From: Paraspadella gotoi | Taxonomy: Eukaryota; Animalia; Chaetognatha | Length of the DNA stretch: 64,000 nt | Direction: 5' to 3' | Assembly (NCBI GenBank): GCA_051294375.1 | Contig: CM119265.1 | Coordinates: 8,378,772-8,442,771 of the forward strand | Shown: in pieces, positions 48,072 through 63,243 of the stretch | How positions within the stretch are numbered: the stretch's first letter is position 1 | Layout of the letters: each line of letters starts with the position of its first letter | Position numbers and translations under genes: made by a program | Notes under the pieces: generated by a model | The model's database searches: none | What the model was told of the DNA's origin: nothing | The model's input: only the letters and a program-made list of their open reading frames with translations

Positions 48072-50190
48072 GAGAGATGGGGAAGACGTGAAGGTTTTCA
48101 GAGTTAGAGTTAGTGAACCTTAGGGGTTTAATACTAAACTGTAGTTGTGTAAAAGCAAAGTTAGGGTTTATCGCACATAAGACATGAGTGAGAGCTAGAA
48201 TATACGATAAATATCATCACATATTAAATAACATCAATAATAATTTCAGTAGATATCCCAGATCCACAGTAACGACTTGTGGAATACATATAGGTGCACA
48301 GTCCCGATGGACTCATTATCACCCTGATCCATGGATGACTCGCGAACGATAACACAGGACGACCTCGACCATCTCGCACTCCTACAGCAGCGAATCAAAA
48401 ATGCTAGAAGAGAGTACTTTGACGTTAAACGCAGACGGGCCGGGTCCAACGTCCCGTAAAAATCATACTTACGCACTCTCTCCCATAGAATTCTAAAAAT
48501 CTCTTCGCACAGTTTTTAAATTCTTTAAATTCAGTCTTTGCAATTTCAATGTTTTTTTTATCCTTCTCCGCGGCGATTATGCGGAATATTTCGTCTTTTG
48601 ATCCTCGATTTTCGATCAAACCCGACGACCATAAACATTGGATTTTTGTTTGAATAGACACTCTTTAAGCCGACCCGAAATAGAATGGGAGCAGGGGGGG
48701 GGTCGGATAAATAAGAAGGCTTGGCCGGTGGGTACAGGGGTGTGGGAGGGGAATAAAGAGGCGGGATGTAATAAGAGGCTTGCGGATGGGTACAGGGAGT
48801 GTGGAGGGGAATAACAGACGCGCAGGGGGTGTTAATAAGAAGGCTCTTGGCGGATGGGTACTCTCATCCCAAGGGGGTGTGGAGGGGATAAAAGCAGAGG
48901 GGGGTTGGTAATAAGCAACGGCTTGGCGGTGGGTACATGGGTGTGGAGGGGAATAAAACGAGAGGGGGGTGGTAATAAGAAGGCTTGGCGTGGGTACAGG
49001 GGTGTGGAAGGGGAATAAAGAGAGGCGGGTGGTAATAAGAAGGCTTGGGCGGTGGGGTACAGGAGGTGTGGAGGGCGAATAAAAGAGAGGGGGTGGTAAA
49101 AAAGAATGCTGGCGTGGGTACAGGGAGTTGTGGAGGAATAAAAGAGAGGGGGGTGGTAATCAAGAAATGCTTGGCGGTGAGTACAGGGGTGTGGAGGGAA
49201 TAAAAGAGACGGGGGTGGGTAATAAGAAGCGCTTTGGCGTGGGTACAGGGTGTTGGAGGGGAATCAAAAGGAGAGGGGGGTGTAATAGAAAGGCCTGTGG
49301 CGGTGGGTACAGGGTGGGGAGGGGAATGAAAAGAGAGGGGTGGTAAAATAAAGAGGCTTGTCATTGGTACAACAGGGGTGTGGAAGGGATAAATTTCCCA
49401 TTAATCATTCCCGTTCGGTTCGTGTTTTTTCGAGATGCGTCAGAAGATGAACCAGAGATACAGGACACGATAGTACCGGCATGCACGACCATGGCATCAC
49501 CCCATTAGGAAATGAGCACCCAAGATGCACCATGATGACAACTACCAAAACGCTTTACAAATTCTCCACGATACTTATTGATTTTTTTATGTGACCGTCG
49601 TCGTTCGTCTTATAAGGAAACTCCCTCGAAAGCTAAGTCAGTACTTCGCACTTACTCTTCACTTCCTTCAAAAATTTTCCAAATTTCCTACGAAAACATC
49701 CCTCATGATTTCCAACGGGAATCTGTTTAAGTTCTTTACACTATAAACGTAACATTCGAGTCCTAAGAAATTCGGCCACTCGCTGGCCACTCTAAAGTGC
49801 GGACTCTCACATGGGCAAATGCCACACTAAACGCGTAGACTGGACCCAAAGAGCGCCTTCACTAGCGTCCATAGCTGTATACTAATAGTAGAAACGAGCC
49901 GCAATCTTGAGCCTCCAGTAAAACAAAAATAACAAAAAAAAAATTCCCGCGATCGTCTTTTTGTCCCAAATCTTCCGCTCTATCGTTCCTGACTTTCGCC
50001 CATAGCGCCTCTCGCGCGACTAAACCATTACGGTTTCAGCAAACCGAGCGCCGAAAATAAACATCACGTGGAAGTCTCTCACGCCGTCTCGCGGTCTTAA
50101 TGGAAAACACGGTTCGACAACAGAACGTACGAGATTTCGCCGTTTGTAACTCAAAGCGTCCCTGAGCCTAATTACTCCACTTTTATGATT
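48072..50190 (+). repeat. Noisy copy of 39226-40850 including an expanded G-rich minisatellite (~48693-49390, ~11 units)
   Basis: Colinear from GGGGAAGACGTGAAGG to ...TTTTATGATTTTTTT, with many 1-nt insertions. Confidence 0.9.
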
Positions 50191-53100
50191 TTTTTTTTTT
50201 AGTTCGATGTGTTAATATATTATCTGCTCGCCCCTCTAATGGGTTTAGACTCGTGAAAAAATTTAACGGTCGATCGCTTAAATAAATCGTTAGGGGAAGC
50301 TCAGGAGAGAGAGAGAGAGAACAGAGAGAGAGAGAGAGAGCAGAGAGAGAGAGAGAGAGAGAGACGATGAGAAAGGAGAGAGCAGAGAGAAGATTAATAT
50401 AAAGTAAAGTGGCCCTCCTGAACAAAGCATGACATAGAAAAAGTGAGGCGCAGCAAAAGCGTTCGCCCGATTTTAATAAATCATTTGGTTCAGTTGCTAG
50501 GTAATTCGGTTGTCCTCATTGTCCTGCTCATGTCCGCTGCGCTTTAAAATGGGTACGTGAAAACATCACAACTAAACAAAATTTATGGCAAGTCAGAGTA
50601 ATAATGATTTATCCTAAATACTAAGCACGTAGTTTTAAAATATATTTGTACTTAAAAACCTTTAACACCATAGGCTATCTACGTAATCTATAGCGATAAT
50701 CTAAAGCAGAAAAAGGTGGCGAACAAAAAATGAATAAACGAGGGAAAAAGAGCAAAATTGAAAAAAGAAAAGGAAACACGAAAATGCTTCGATTTCCCTT
50801 CATTGCCACGTGAAATAACAGGGAGAAAGGTGAGAAGAAAGAGAGGAAAGACAGCGAGAGAGAGAGAGCAGAGAGAGAGAGTAGAGAGAGAAGAGGAGAG
50901 AGNNNNNNNNNNNNNNNNNNNNNNNNNGTGAGAGATGAGAGACGACGAGTGAGAGAGAGGAGAAGAGAGCAGGAGAGGAGAGAGAGGGGAGAGAGAGAGA
51001 GAGAGATAGCAGAGAAGAGAAACGTTTTAGAGAACAAGAGCGATGAAACGGCGGGCGACCACTGGATTTGTTTTAACCTAAAAGGCGTCCGACCTATCGG
51101 AAAAATCAGTCGTTCCCAGAACATTATTTTTTCCTTTACTTTGTTTTTTTTTATTTTTTCCCTTTTTTTATGAAGATTCTCCGAAATGTTTACGGAAAAA
51201 ATATTTAGTTTCGACCTCACCCTTTCCTCGCTCCCCCCCTTCCCCCCCATCTCGCCCTTCGCCCCGCACGGCGAATGAAGCATCCCAGCATTTATTTCGA
51301 CTTTTTGGACAAATTTGAAGTAAAAAAGGTATTTTCGTTTTAAAATACAAAAAAAAAAAAAGTTCCGAGGAAGAGAAAGATTTTTGCTTCATTACATTTA
51401 AAAATAAGAGTTTTGAGCCTGCAAAATATTTTTTTACTCTTTCGGCCACTTTTGATATTCATTTTTTTAAAGAACTTGCATATTCACTCTGGGAAAGAAA
51501 GAAAAAAACTGCTTGATTTTTTTTTACACCTACGATCCAATTCGTGAATAATGAACCGGCCCAATTTGAAATTTCTTGAGGCGGATCCCAATTTTTGGGT
51601 TTTTTTTTGTTTTTAAGGTTTTTTTTTTTTTAGATTTAAAGAAAAAAATTCAGCTCAGGGTCTGACTGTCCATCGTCGGTCTCATTTGCAGATGTTAAAA
51701 ACGAATTTACAATACATCTGTTTAAAATGGATCTCGGGTACAGTATTTTTATAGAAATGACTGGTAGGGTCCGATCAGAGGTCAACCAACCCATCTGGGA
51801 CCAAAAGTTTTTAACTAAATCGATATTCTGTTAATTTTTTTTAGAGCCAAATTTTAAAGAACAACCCCTTGAGATTTTAATCAGTCGGGCGCCTTCTATT
51901 CCCACAACGCGACGAGTTTCAAATCGTCGCCGTTGGGCGTCGCTTTACAAATAATAAAAACAAACAATTAAAGAGTAAAGCAAATAGAAAAAACCAGAAA
52001 ACCAGTATTAATTAGTTAATATAAAGTCGCCTTAAAAAATCGTCATTACCTGTTCTCTTTTACGCAAGACCCCAAGCCTCTTCAGTTCGTAATAAACCAC
52101 CAACAGAGCGACTCCTTGAGTTTGAGAACCCATGGGAAGTAGTTTTAAGACATGATTTTATAAACAAGAATAACAATATTAGGTCTTACCATGTTTCCCA
52201 CGAATTACTTTTCTGTATTAATCCCCTCTCCCTGATCTTCTCTCTTTTCTTCTCATTGCTATCCTCCATTCTTCAATACTCTCTAATTTCCCCTCTTCTA
52301 CAATACTCCTCTGTCTTCCATTCATCCTTGCTCGTCTCTATCTAGCCAGCGTCTTACGAACGAGCACAAAAAGGTAGAGTAAAGGAAAAAAGGCGAAACT
52401 TTAAGAAAGATACAGATTTCGAAATAATCGGTAACGGAGCGGCATCTCAATTACGAGCAAGAGACTAAAACAGGACAAAAGAAAATTAAAGAATTGAATT
52501 ATGAGCAGACCTGTCAAGGGATTATTTGATTCAATCGAAATAGCAGAAATAAAATTAATGATTTAAAATAGATAAGGTTAAAAAAAAGTTTAGAGGTTTA
52601 TCGCAGCTAAATCCCAATCGTCCGGAGATCTTGCCCCGAATACGATGTTCTCGTAATTTGGATTAATTACTTGTGAATTGTAATTCGTAATTGCCACAGT
52701 TATGATTTAAAGTTTAGAGAAAAGTCCAGTATTTTTGAACCGAGCAGTATGTATTTGACTTCCAATTAATGAGCTATTAACGATCTATAGGCTCTATCTT
52801 TGATAATTGATCTCGAAGCTCGAATGATAATAATTCTAACTGGTATTAGTCGTATTTTTGATTAATTGATACATCTTGCATTTACATTATTAGAAATATG
52901 ATGGCGATGCTGATGGGATGGGCTGAAGCGAAACAAGCACACTGTATAACAGTGCCGGTCTGTAATAATAGGATCGTTTCAGATATTCGGCAAATTTTTG
53001 CTCACAAGTATCAACCTCTCAGTCTATGTTCTCTGTCTCTATCAATATTGAAAAATATCAATAAGAACCGGAAGAAAGAGAACATAATAAATTAGTAAGA

Positions 53101-54097
53101 CAGGTTACGTTGGATGAGTGATCGAAGATTTGAACTCATTGTCGACTCACTCAAACGGATTCCATGCAAGAAACGATTGGGGAATTTCCGTATTTAAATG
53201 ACCACGGGCCGCTTAGTACTACCCCAAATAGTGGAAAATAGAATATTTATTGGTGTATTTTTTGTCACGACGCAATTTAATTGAGATTTATTCCGCATTC
53301 CGAGAAGAGATTGACCATCGGAAAGAACGATGCATATAGAGCAAAGATTTCCAAATATTACTGCATACCCTCCGCATGTTATTCTCGCTAGTTACGTTTA
53401 CACTCCCACCAATCCCAAAGCAAGCTATACTACCTCCAACTCCGAACTTCTCCATCCTATTGAGCAAGAAGAAGTATATACGGTGATATATTTGCTAAGC
53501 CAGAGAAGAGGGCAGATGAGAGAGAGAGAACAGAGAGAGCAGAGAGAGAGCAGAGAGAGAGAGAGGAGAGAGAGTTTGACAGTTTGTGGCACAGCATGAC
53601 ATTTAAATTTCCCCACGGCCAATTACTACCTGCTCATGCACGAGCGAATAATTTTTTTTTCTTTTTAAAATTTAAAAAAAACGATGTATTCGTGTTTACA
53701 CTGAATTTTTCTGCCAAAACCTTTACTTAGCGGAAATCCAATAGTCAATAGCTTCCCTTTAAAGAAAGGAAAAAAATTTAGTGAGTATTATTGGCCATTA
53801 AATCCTCGACGTCGTCTTTTGCCGTAGTAACGACCGGTTTCCCTTTTTGCTCTCTTCTCGCGAGAATCGTAGCGATCGAAACGGCGCGTCGAAGGCTCAA
53901 TCTTATGGAGTCTAACCGTCGTTTGACGTGAGAGACGCTGGAATGACGCATTAATGACGCGGACGGGGCCGACAGGTGGATATTGACAAAAGAAGACGAC
54001 GACGAATGGGGACACACGACGCGGCGTTTTAAACGAACGACGGAATTTCGTCGAAAAGAGCAGGAACGATAACGACTTGTTAAAGAACTTAAGTCGC

Positions 54098-56316
54098 AGA
54101 TAAGAGAAAGTGGTCAGGCTCCGGTTCCCAAGCGGTCCGTCCGCCGAACCTTCTCGAATATCCGCGAGTAATGAAGTGGCTCCGGTCGTTGTTTGGGGCG
54201 AGGTTGGTTGAGGTGGGTTATTGGTAGGGGCCAAGAGGCCGTGGGTGGCGGAGAAAAGTGGTTAAATCAAGTGCAAGTGTGAGGAAAGAGAATCGGCAAA
54301 TGGAAACTTGACACTAGTAAGATTTTTTTGCGCAGAGTTTCCTATTTTAATAATTTTTAAACTATTTTTTTTCTTCCCAAATTGTTGTTCATTGCACCAA
54401 GATCGTCTTGACCTTTTGTTTATTTAAATTAATTAATTCGTTTCTTTTTTAAAATTCCTTCTCTCTTCGCCTTCTTTCCTCTGGATTCGATCAACAGGTA
54501 AGTCGATTCTCATTTAAGCTTGAAATTTAAAATATTTTTAATTTTTGCGGTTTCATTCTTTCGCCTAAATTCACGCGAAAATTATTCTGGTTTTTAAATC
54601 AGAAATCGAAAACCGTAAAACTTTTTGGCATCAAATTCGTTGGTTCCGTTGGCTGAATTACTCTTTTAGAATTTTATTTTCTATTTTCTTTATTTTTATT
54701 TTTTTCTTTTAGAAAAGGAGACGTCGTACTTCGAACCGACAAAAGAAAAGAACAAAAAAGAAAAAAGAAAGAAAAAAAAAGATGTCGAATTCCTGAGATT
54801 TTTGCTCGGATTTTCGCATCAGCTGATTAAATACAAAGGAAAGGATCTTGTCGAATCGACAGAGCTTGACACGATAAAGAGAGATTTAAGTTATATCAAC
54901 TATGAACAAAGTCGTAAGTTAGAAAAAGAGGGTGAAACAAGGTTGTTAATTTTAAACATCGCTCGTTGTGCTTCTCATCTCTACTCTGCTGCTCTCTTCT
55001 TCTCGCTCTTGCTCTCTCTCTCTCTGTCTCTCCTCTCTCTCTCTCTCTCTCTCTTCTCTCTCCTTCTCTCTCTCCTCTCTCTCTCGTCTCTCCTCTCCGT
55101 CGTTCTCCGCTTTCTGGTTCTATAAAAAAAACCCAGGCCAACTAGCTGGGGATCTTCATACGGCAGATAGCACCCCAGATTCGTCGCGCTTTTTCTTTCA
55201 CGGGCCCAATGGCGCGGGGGAAGAGGGAATGGAAATAGAATTATAGAAGCGGGGGTGGAGAGCGTGGTTGAGGGGGGGGGGTGGTAAAAATGGAGTCGAA
55301 CATCGCGGGGTTTGCGGAAAGAGGAAGAGCGAATATGGAATTGAGGACGTGGGGTTGCGGAAATTGGTGAGTTGGAGGTGAGGAAGTTAATGGAAGTAGT
55401 TTAAAAGTAATAGTAATTCAGAGAAAACGCGGCTCAGTGCCGGGAGTTGTCAGTTAGATAATAAAAGTAAGATAGTGACTATTGGAGAGATATATACAGA
55501 TTGGAAATAAGGTTAAGCGTGAAGAACCCGTTTTAAAATTCTGATCTATAAAAGAAAATTGATTTGTAAAAATGACAATTCAAAGAAATTTTAGAGTTGG
55601 TAGAAAAGGCTCACGTTTCTAGGGTGAAAGTCGGTGAGGGGAATGGAACAAAAAAGGAGAGCGGCGTGACGCGACCGGGCGCGGCACAGCATGACCCCGG
55701 GGAAAAAAAAAAGTCGGTGAGGGGAATGAAACCTAAAACAGGGAGGAAGGGGCGACGCGACCGGGCGGATGACCCCCGGGAAAAAAAAAGTCGGTGAGGG
55801 AGATGAAACAAATACGGCGAGAGGGGCCGACCGCATATGCGCCCGACCGGGCGGAAATGACCCGGGAACAAAAAAAGTCGGTGAGCGGGAATGAACAAAA
55901 CAGGGAGAGGCGACTGCGACGCGGGGCGGATGAGCCCGAAAAAAACAAAGTACGGTGAGGGGAATGACAAAACCAGGGAGGAGGGGCGACGCGATCCGTG
56001 GCGGATGACCCCGGGCAAAGAAAAAAAGGTCGGTGAGGTGGAATCGAAACGAAACAGGGAGAGGGGCCGAGCGGACCGGGGCGATGACCCCGGGAAAAAA
56101 AAAGTCGGTGAGGGGAATGAAACAAAAACCAGCGGAGAGGTGCGACGCGACGCGGATGACCCCGGGAAAAAAAAGGTCGGAAAAAGTTCCTCGTAAGAAA
56201 TCGGTGTTTGACCGAACGGCCGATTTAAGGATGGAACCTAGGGATTTTTGGGCTGAAAGTGGAAAGAGTAGAAAAACACGACGGTGGGAAAGTAATAAGT
56301 AAAGTGTATATCAAAG
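54098..56316 (+). repeat. Segment Y (direct orientation); its start recurs at ~63778-64000
   Basis: Reverse complement of 44883-47120; AGATAAGAGAAAGTGGTCAG...ACTAGTAAGAT is repeated at the window end. Confidence 0.92.
54713..54913 (+). other. Candidate exon in segment Y (preceded by a candidate intron 54498-54712)
   Basis: Donor CAG|GTAAGT at 54498, long poly-pyrimidine acceptor ending TTTTAG at 54712, donor C|GTAAGT at 54914. A possible peptide is (MSNSRD)LLGFSHQLIKYKGKDLVESTELDTIKRDLSYINYEQS, but both copies carry indels, so the frame is uncertain. Confidence 0.35.
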
Positions 56317-56341
56317 NNNNNNNNNNNNNNNNNNNNNNNNN

Positions 56342-59300
56342 AGAAAGAGGGAAGCCCCTCGGATTCTTCCACAATTGATTAGCTCTCCTTTTAATTAAAT
56401 AGGCCAGGGAATTTTCTTCATTACAGCTCACAACAATTCACGCGTCAGTAAATTTTTCATCGACCGCTCGACAATGTTTTTGTCCGTGAGTCAATCTTGC
56501 AAGACTGCGCAATGCTCAACCAAAGCCACGCGCAGTTTTCTTGACTCGCGCTTCTAGTATTCACAAATGCGAGAGAGCAACCCGCTCGTCTACGAGCCCT
56601 CCGAGGCGACCATTCCTTATCCATTCGATGCCGACCACTCTCGTCACGTCGCTCGTCTCTCGCTGTTCAGGGCTATCCCTGGCCAGGCGGCGGGGGCGAC
56701 CTGATCGCGGACGGGAGCGTCATGGTATGACACGGTGAGCCCGAGCGAGTTGCCAGCCTTATCTCTCACTCTCCGTCCGGACCGCGGGGGATGTGAGAGG
56801 AGACAGAAATAAGTAGGAGGTCGGCGGCGGGCGTAAAATTCAGTAACTTCGTTTTTTCCTCGTACCTTCGCGTCCGGACCGTTTTCCCAGCACACTCCCT
56901 TCTCGCCCCTCTGGGGTGTGGCAAGACAGATCTTTTCGCGCCTAGTCATTGGGCAGGCGGTACATTTTCCGCTCGTTTCGCGCTTCTCTCTCTGCTCTGC
57001 CCAAGCTAAGTGTAAGATCGTTCGTCGACGGTAACTCAAAACGCAGTAAATATACGTTACTTTTCCGTAGTTTTCCTGGTCTCTACTCGGAATCTCCAGA
57101 TAGGATGTAACCCCTTGGACAAATTTCCCAAAGTGATTCGAGCGGCGGGTCCTTTGAAGTCGGAATGAAGTGGGTAAGTGGCGGTGAAACGATACGTTTC
57201 ACAGTTTTCAATGTGATATCATCGCTTTACATTTCTATTGTTACCATTTTTTCCTCTTTTTGTTTTTCCTTTTTCCGCTTTGAGCTTATCGGCTACTTTG
57301 TTGCTTATCGTTGTTAGTTTTGGTGAAGCTTGTCAATTACAGATTAGTCAGCCTTTTTTTTGCGTAATTCATTAATGGGCTTAAAAAGACCTTGGCTGTT
57401 ATTCATCAAATTGTTAATTTTTTGAATAATTATCATTCGAAAGTGAATCATTTTGAAAAACTAACCGAGATTTCCGATTTCCAGTTTTGTTGATGTACAT
57501 ACTTATTTTATTCAGAAAAAGTAACTTTATATTTTACGAATGAATATATGTAATATTTATTTGTGAAAAAATTCCGTAATTCGCAACGTTGGCGCAGACT
57601 TTTCGTCTCAACGTGATCGTCTCGCTCTCACTATGGCTCTTGAGTGATCGAAAAGCCTCTCGCCGAGTCTCGATCGGAAAAATCGGCGAGGTCTGGATTT
57701 TGTTTGGTTTTCGGGGCCACGTTGCGGTCGTTGTCGATCGAGAGGGCAACGTAGGGCAAATGCTTACTTGTTTCGTCTACTCGCCTTCGCCATTTCGCCC
57801 CTTCGCCCTTTGTTTTATGGTCGCCATGGAGATACGGTTTCAGGGTGGCGAAGGGTTGGATTCCGTAGGAGGTGAGCGAATGCCTTCGCCCACACAGGTT
57901 GATAAACAATTATAACATGAATATTGTTCTCCTATTGACGTTTGTTTCATTCTATTTTGTTAATGAGTTTCGTGCGAGACGGCTAGAAATTTATTTGTTG
58001 GGAACGTTGTAAAAAAAAAATAAAAAGCAAATTCCGTTATACTTGCCAGTTTACACTTTTCATCGGCATCGAAAGAAATGAATATCAAATGGGAAATCGA
58101 AATGCAAAAAAAAAGGAAAAAAAAGATAATTAATTTTAATCAGGAAGCTTTCTTAAGCAAGTTCTTAAGTCTCGCTCGCCACACTACTTCTCATTAAAGC
58201 GATCAGCGTGAGGAGGAAAACAAAAATATTCTCGGTATGAGAGACCCTTACCCTCAAAACTTCACACTAAGACAAAATTTTGTCAAAAAAAACCCGAGTT
58301 TTTTAATTTTCCGCCGAAAGTAAACCTCAAAAGAACAAAGGTTCTCATAAAAAATCCCTCGACAGAAGAACCAAAAAAGGCGGAGCGTCGTTCCGCGTGG
58401 AAGCAACGACATGGGTCCGCTTCGCGATCGTCCTCGGCGTTCTTTCTCGCCGCGGTGATCGTCAGCGCGAAAGTGGAGGACAACGTCTGAAGGAAGACTT
58501 GAAAGGCTGCTTCAAAAGTTGATGGGAGAAGGCGGAAAGGGGGCGTCGGTGGGGGAAAAGAGGGATTAAAAGTTATTCCGTAGAAATTGGTAAAAGAAAA
58601 AAGCGGGAGATGTTTTACATAAAAAAAGCTTATATACTTTACTCCCTCATAAAAGCCACTGCCACGCCCCCTTTTCCTCTAGACTAAAGAGGTCATATAC
58701 GCCGACCGGGATCACATAGCGTCTTGCAGGCGGCCCGGCGTATCAGGTCCGAAACCGCTACCGTCTCGATGATCAGCCGTTCGGCCGCTCGAACGCGCTA
58801 CCACGTCGCGGCAGATCAGCGGAGAAGTTCGCGCCGACGCCATCTTCCAACTGGCCAAAGCGCGCGTTCGTCGAGGACGCCAAAGCCGCCCGCCGCCGCC
58901 GCAATCGGGAGACGCGTGCAGCAACTTTAAGAGGCAGGAGAAGGAACCGGCGGACGAGGCCGAGGGAGGAGAGAAGGAGGGCGGAGAAGCAGGCGGAGAA
59001 GGAGGACAAAATAAGGAGAAGGCTGAGGAGGAGGAGGAGGAAGGCCAGTTGAACGAGGAGGAAGCGGGGCTGGACCTGATCTAGAAAATCAGGCGCCGCC
59101 TGAAGAGGAAGAGCGAGGAGGAGGGGCAGATCAGTCAGATTCCGATTCCGACAAGAAAATAATGAAGCAGTAAAGAACAAGGACGCCCAGAGGGCAAGGG
59201 AAAAAGGAGGCCGGAGTGGAAAGGAAGAAAGAGCATTTGGCAAGAAAAGAGGAAGAAGGAGAATGAGGAGGGGAAGGGGAACAGAAAGCCGCTAGCAGAA

Positions 59301-62300
59301 GAAAGGAGAACTGGGAAACGATGGAATGCGAACGGAAAGATGATGTGCGGAAGCTAAGGAGGGAAGACACGGGACGCAGGAGCAGCCGTCGAAGAGGAGA
59401 ATACAATCCAGTCCAGGCCATCGTCAAGGTTTTTGGCCACGGATCCGGACCTCATCAGGCCGAAACGCGGAGCTGACTGATCCCGACGAAACCAACACAG
59501 CGTCAAGAAGGTTGGTCAACGCAGCACCAACGAGAAATCTGAGAAGAAGACCGACGGCGAGTGGTGAGGGAGTGGGTCGAAGGGTCAAAGGTCACGTGGG
59601 GCCAAAGGATGAGAACGTGTCCGCGGGGATATTGAAATCGTTTTTGACCGATAGCGAATCGATTGAATAGCGATCCGGCGCCGGGATTCTTTTTCGTAGG
59701 GATTAAACAAGGGAAATGGACAAGAACACCCTGAAGAAGAACCCGCGAGATCGCGAACAGAAGACCGTCAAGGAATCCCAGGCACAAGAAGAAGGGCGGG
59801 AGGAAATCAATTCGACAGAGAGGTCATCGCGCAGCCGAAGGGACGTGGAGCAATGAGGATCCGGCTACTAGCGCGGCGTTCAGCGTAGGGAGGGGGGTGG
59901 GGAAAGTGAATAGAGAGAGGTAAATTTGGTGGGGGGGGAAGGAATGGGGAAAGAGGGAGGAGTAAAAAGGAGAGAGGAGTCACATCGGTCAAATCGATCG
60001 GAAAGAAAAAGTAGATGGAATGAAAAGACGGAATGGAGGAGTAAGACAGCTTAAAATTGGAAGTGTGAAGTTCATTACGATAATAACGACTATAAGAAAA
60101 AGTGCGGAAAAAAGACATTGTAAGACATTGTTGAATCATCGTGTTCAAGGCCAACCTGGAGATCGGATTCGCGCTGCCCACTCCGGACAAGTGGATGCCC
60201 GCCATCAGAACGCCGCCCCAAGTCAGAGTCTTTAACGTCGCTTAACATTGGCCGTCGTCGCCGCCATTCGCTGACTTCTCGCTCTGTGAGAAGTCTTCGT
60301 TGTCATGACGACGGAGACCGCGACGGGTGAAGGGGCGAAACAAAAAAAAAAAAAGATTTCAAAGGATTTCGAGTTTTTTTTTTTCGCTCAATTTAAGACG
60401 GTCAGCCATTTAATTATTTTTTTTTTTTGAATAGACGAGATTTCGTGTTAGGGGAATTTTAAATCTATTTATAGGGAAATAAATTGGGGACGGAAGGTTT
60501 TTGAAAAAGAAAAATAGAGAAAAGTTGACACGTTTTAATGTGTTTTGTCTTTTGGTAAATATTTTTTCAAAGAACATTGATTATTTTTACTGAAAGAGTT
60601 GAGTCTTGTTAAAACGAACGGTCAGGCGATTGGTACGTTTTAACCAACCAATTAAATGAAATAAAATATTATTTTTTCAACCGACTTGATGAGCGCTAGA
60701 GGGCCAGTTAGAGAGGTGGGCGGTGGAAGGTCAGTAGGTTCGAACGGGTCACCTACAGTTTTCTTTCTCAAATCCCTGCCAACGTAGAATTTGTATTTAT
60801 TTATTATCGGGTGCAAGGTGGATCTGAACAAAAAATTTCATTCAATACAATTTTCTATTAATTCCGTTCTCTGTGGTTATATTTTAACCAGGGAACCTGA
60901 GGTTGCTGGCGCGCGCGAAAAGAGAAATGGGGGTAGGCGAGGAAGTTAGCCTTATCCCTCGGCGAAATTAGCAACCGCGAAGGGAACGAAGAAGGCAGGA
61001 CGCAGAGTGGGCGTGTCCTTCGACGAATGGTTTTTTGACGGGGAGGTCAGCGGTCATCGTCGGTTTATCCAGCGGCGACGCCCTCGTGATGCCCTTTGTT
61101 TTTTATGTTTTCTTTTTTCCAGAAGGCGGCGTTGGTGGTGGCGTTTTGATCGTGTCTATTAATAAAGATGTTGTGGAAATGGAGGGTAGGGGAAGACGTG
61201 AAGGTTTTCAGAGTTAGAGTTAGTGAACCTTGGGTTTGAATACTAAACTGTAGTTGTCTAAAAGCAAGTTGGTTTATCGCCATAGACATGAGTCGAGACT
61301 AGATATACGATAAATTCATCACATATTAATAAATCATATAATTTCAGTAGATATCCCGTATCACAGTAACGACTTGTCGAATAATATAGGATGAACACAG
61401 TCGATGGACTCCATTATGCACTGATCCATAAGGATGACTACAGCGAACGATAACACACGGACGAACCTCGACCATTCGCACTCTACGCGCGAATCAAAAT
61501 AGAAAGAGACTTTGAGTTAACGCGACGGGCGCGGGTCCAACGTCCCGTAAAATCATACTTCCACTCTTCATAGATTCTAAATTCCTTCACAGTTTTTAAA
61601 TTCTTTTAAATTAGTCTTTGTCAATTTCAATGTTTTTTTTTCCTTCTCGCGCGATTTCGGGATATATTTCGTTTTTGAGTCCTCGATTTTCGATCAAACC
61701 CGACGACCATAAAATTGGATTTTGTGTTTGAATGACACTCTTTAAGCCGACCGAATAGATGGGAGAGTGGTTTTGGAGGGGGTCGGTAATAAGAAGGCTT
61801 GGCGGTGGGTACAGGGGTGTGGGAGGGGAAATAAAAGAGAGCGGGTGGTAATAAGAAGCTTGCGGTGAGTACAGGGAGTGTGGAGGGGGAATAACAGACG
61901 AGAGGGGGTGTTAATAAGAAGGCCTTGGCGGATGGGTATCTCACCAAGGGGGTGTGGAGGGGAATAAAAGCAGAGGGGGGTGGTAATAAGAAGGCTTGGC
62001 GGTGGGTACAGGGTGTAGGGTAAGAGAGGTGGTTGAAGCTTGGTGACAGGGTGTAAGGATAGAGGGCGGGTGGTAATAAGAAGGCTTGGCGGTGGGTACA
62101 GGGGTGGGAGGGGAATAAAAGAGAGGTGGAAAAGACGGGTGGGTACGGTGTGAATAAAGAGGGGAAAGAAAGCTTCGTGGTACAGGTTGGGGATAAACGG
62201 GGTGTAATAAGAACGTTGGCGTGGGTACAGGGTTGGAGGGGATAAAAAGAGTATGAGGTGTGCGTGGCAGGGAGGGATAAGGGGAAAAAGAGTTATGTAC

Positions 62301-63070
62301 GGGTTAAGAATTCCCTTAATCTCGTCGTGTTTTTTCGAAGCGTCAGAAGATGAACAGAGATAACAGGACACGATGTACCGCGCATGCCCGCCATGGCTCA
62401 CCCATGGAAATGAGACCAAGATGCACGCATCGATGCAACTACCAAAACGCTTTAAAAAATTCCTCCAGATACTTATTTGATTTTTTATGACCGCGTCCGT
62501 CGTCTTTAATGGAACTCTCAACCTCGAAGCTAAGTGAGTACTTCGCACTTACTTTCAACTTCCTTCAAAAATCTCCAAATTTCCTACGAAACACTCTGAT
62601 TTCAACGGGAATGCTTGTTTAGTTTTTACACTATAACTAACATTCAAGTCCTAAGAAATCCGCCCACTTGCGCTGCCACTCTAATGGCGACTCTCACATG
62701 GCAATGCCACACTAAACGCGGACTGGACCCAAAGAGCGCCATTACCTAGCGTCATAGCCTGGTACTGAATAGTAGAAACGAGCCGCATCTAGCTCCAGTA
62801 AAACAAAAAAACGAAAAAAAAAATTCCCGCGCATTCGTCTTTGTCCCAAATCTTCCGCTCATCTTTTGACTTTGCCCAAGGCGCCCCTCCCTCGGCGGAC
62901 TAAAACGATTTACCGGTTTCACAACGAGCGCCGAAAATCAAAATCAAGTGAAGTCCTCTACGCCGCTCTCGCTCTTAATGAAACGGTGACAACGAACGAC
63001 GAGATTTTTCGCACGATTGAACTCAAGCGTCCGCTGAGCTTACTTACTCCATTTTATGAATTTTTTTTTT
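56342..63070 (+). repeat. Segment copy 3 (noisy), corresponding to ~34675-40850
   Basis: Colinear with copy 2 but with very dense 1-nt indels; contains a third G-rich minisatellite array (~61775-62290). Confidence 0.9.
58411..60289 (+). pseudogene. Indel-riddled full-length copy of the Glu-rich GPI-type gene (likely raw long-read sequence of another allele)
   Basis: All four exons and the introns of 36518-38359 are recognisable, ending in GCTCTGTGA at 60289. The frame is broken by many 1-nt indels. Confidence 0.75.
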
Positions 63071-63171
63071 TTAGTTTCGAATGTTAATATATATCTGCTT
63101 CGCGCCCGCTAATGGGTTTAGACCTCGTGGAAAAATTTACGGTCGATCGTTAAATAATCGTTTAGGAAGAG

Positions 63172-63243
<72 letters not shown>
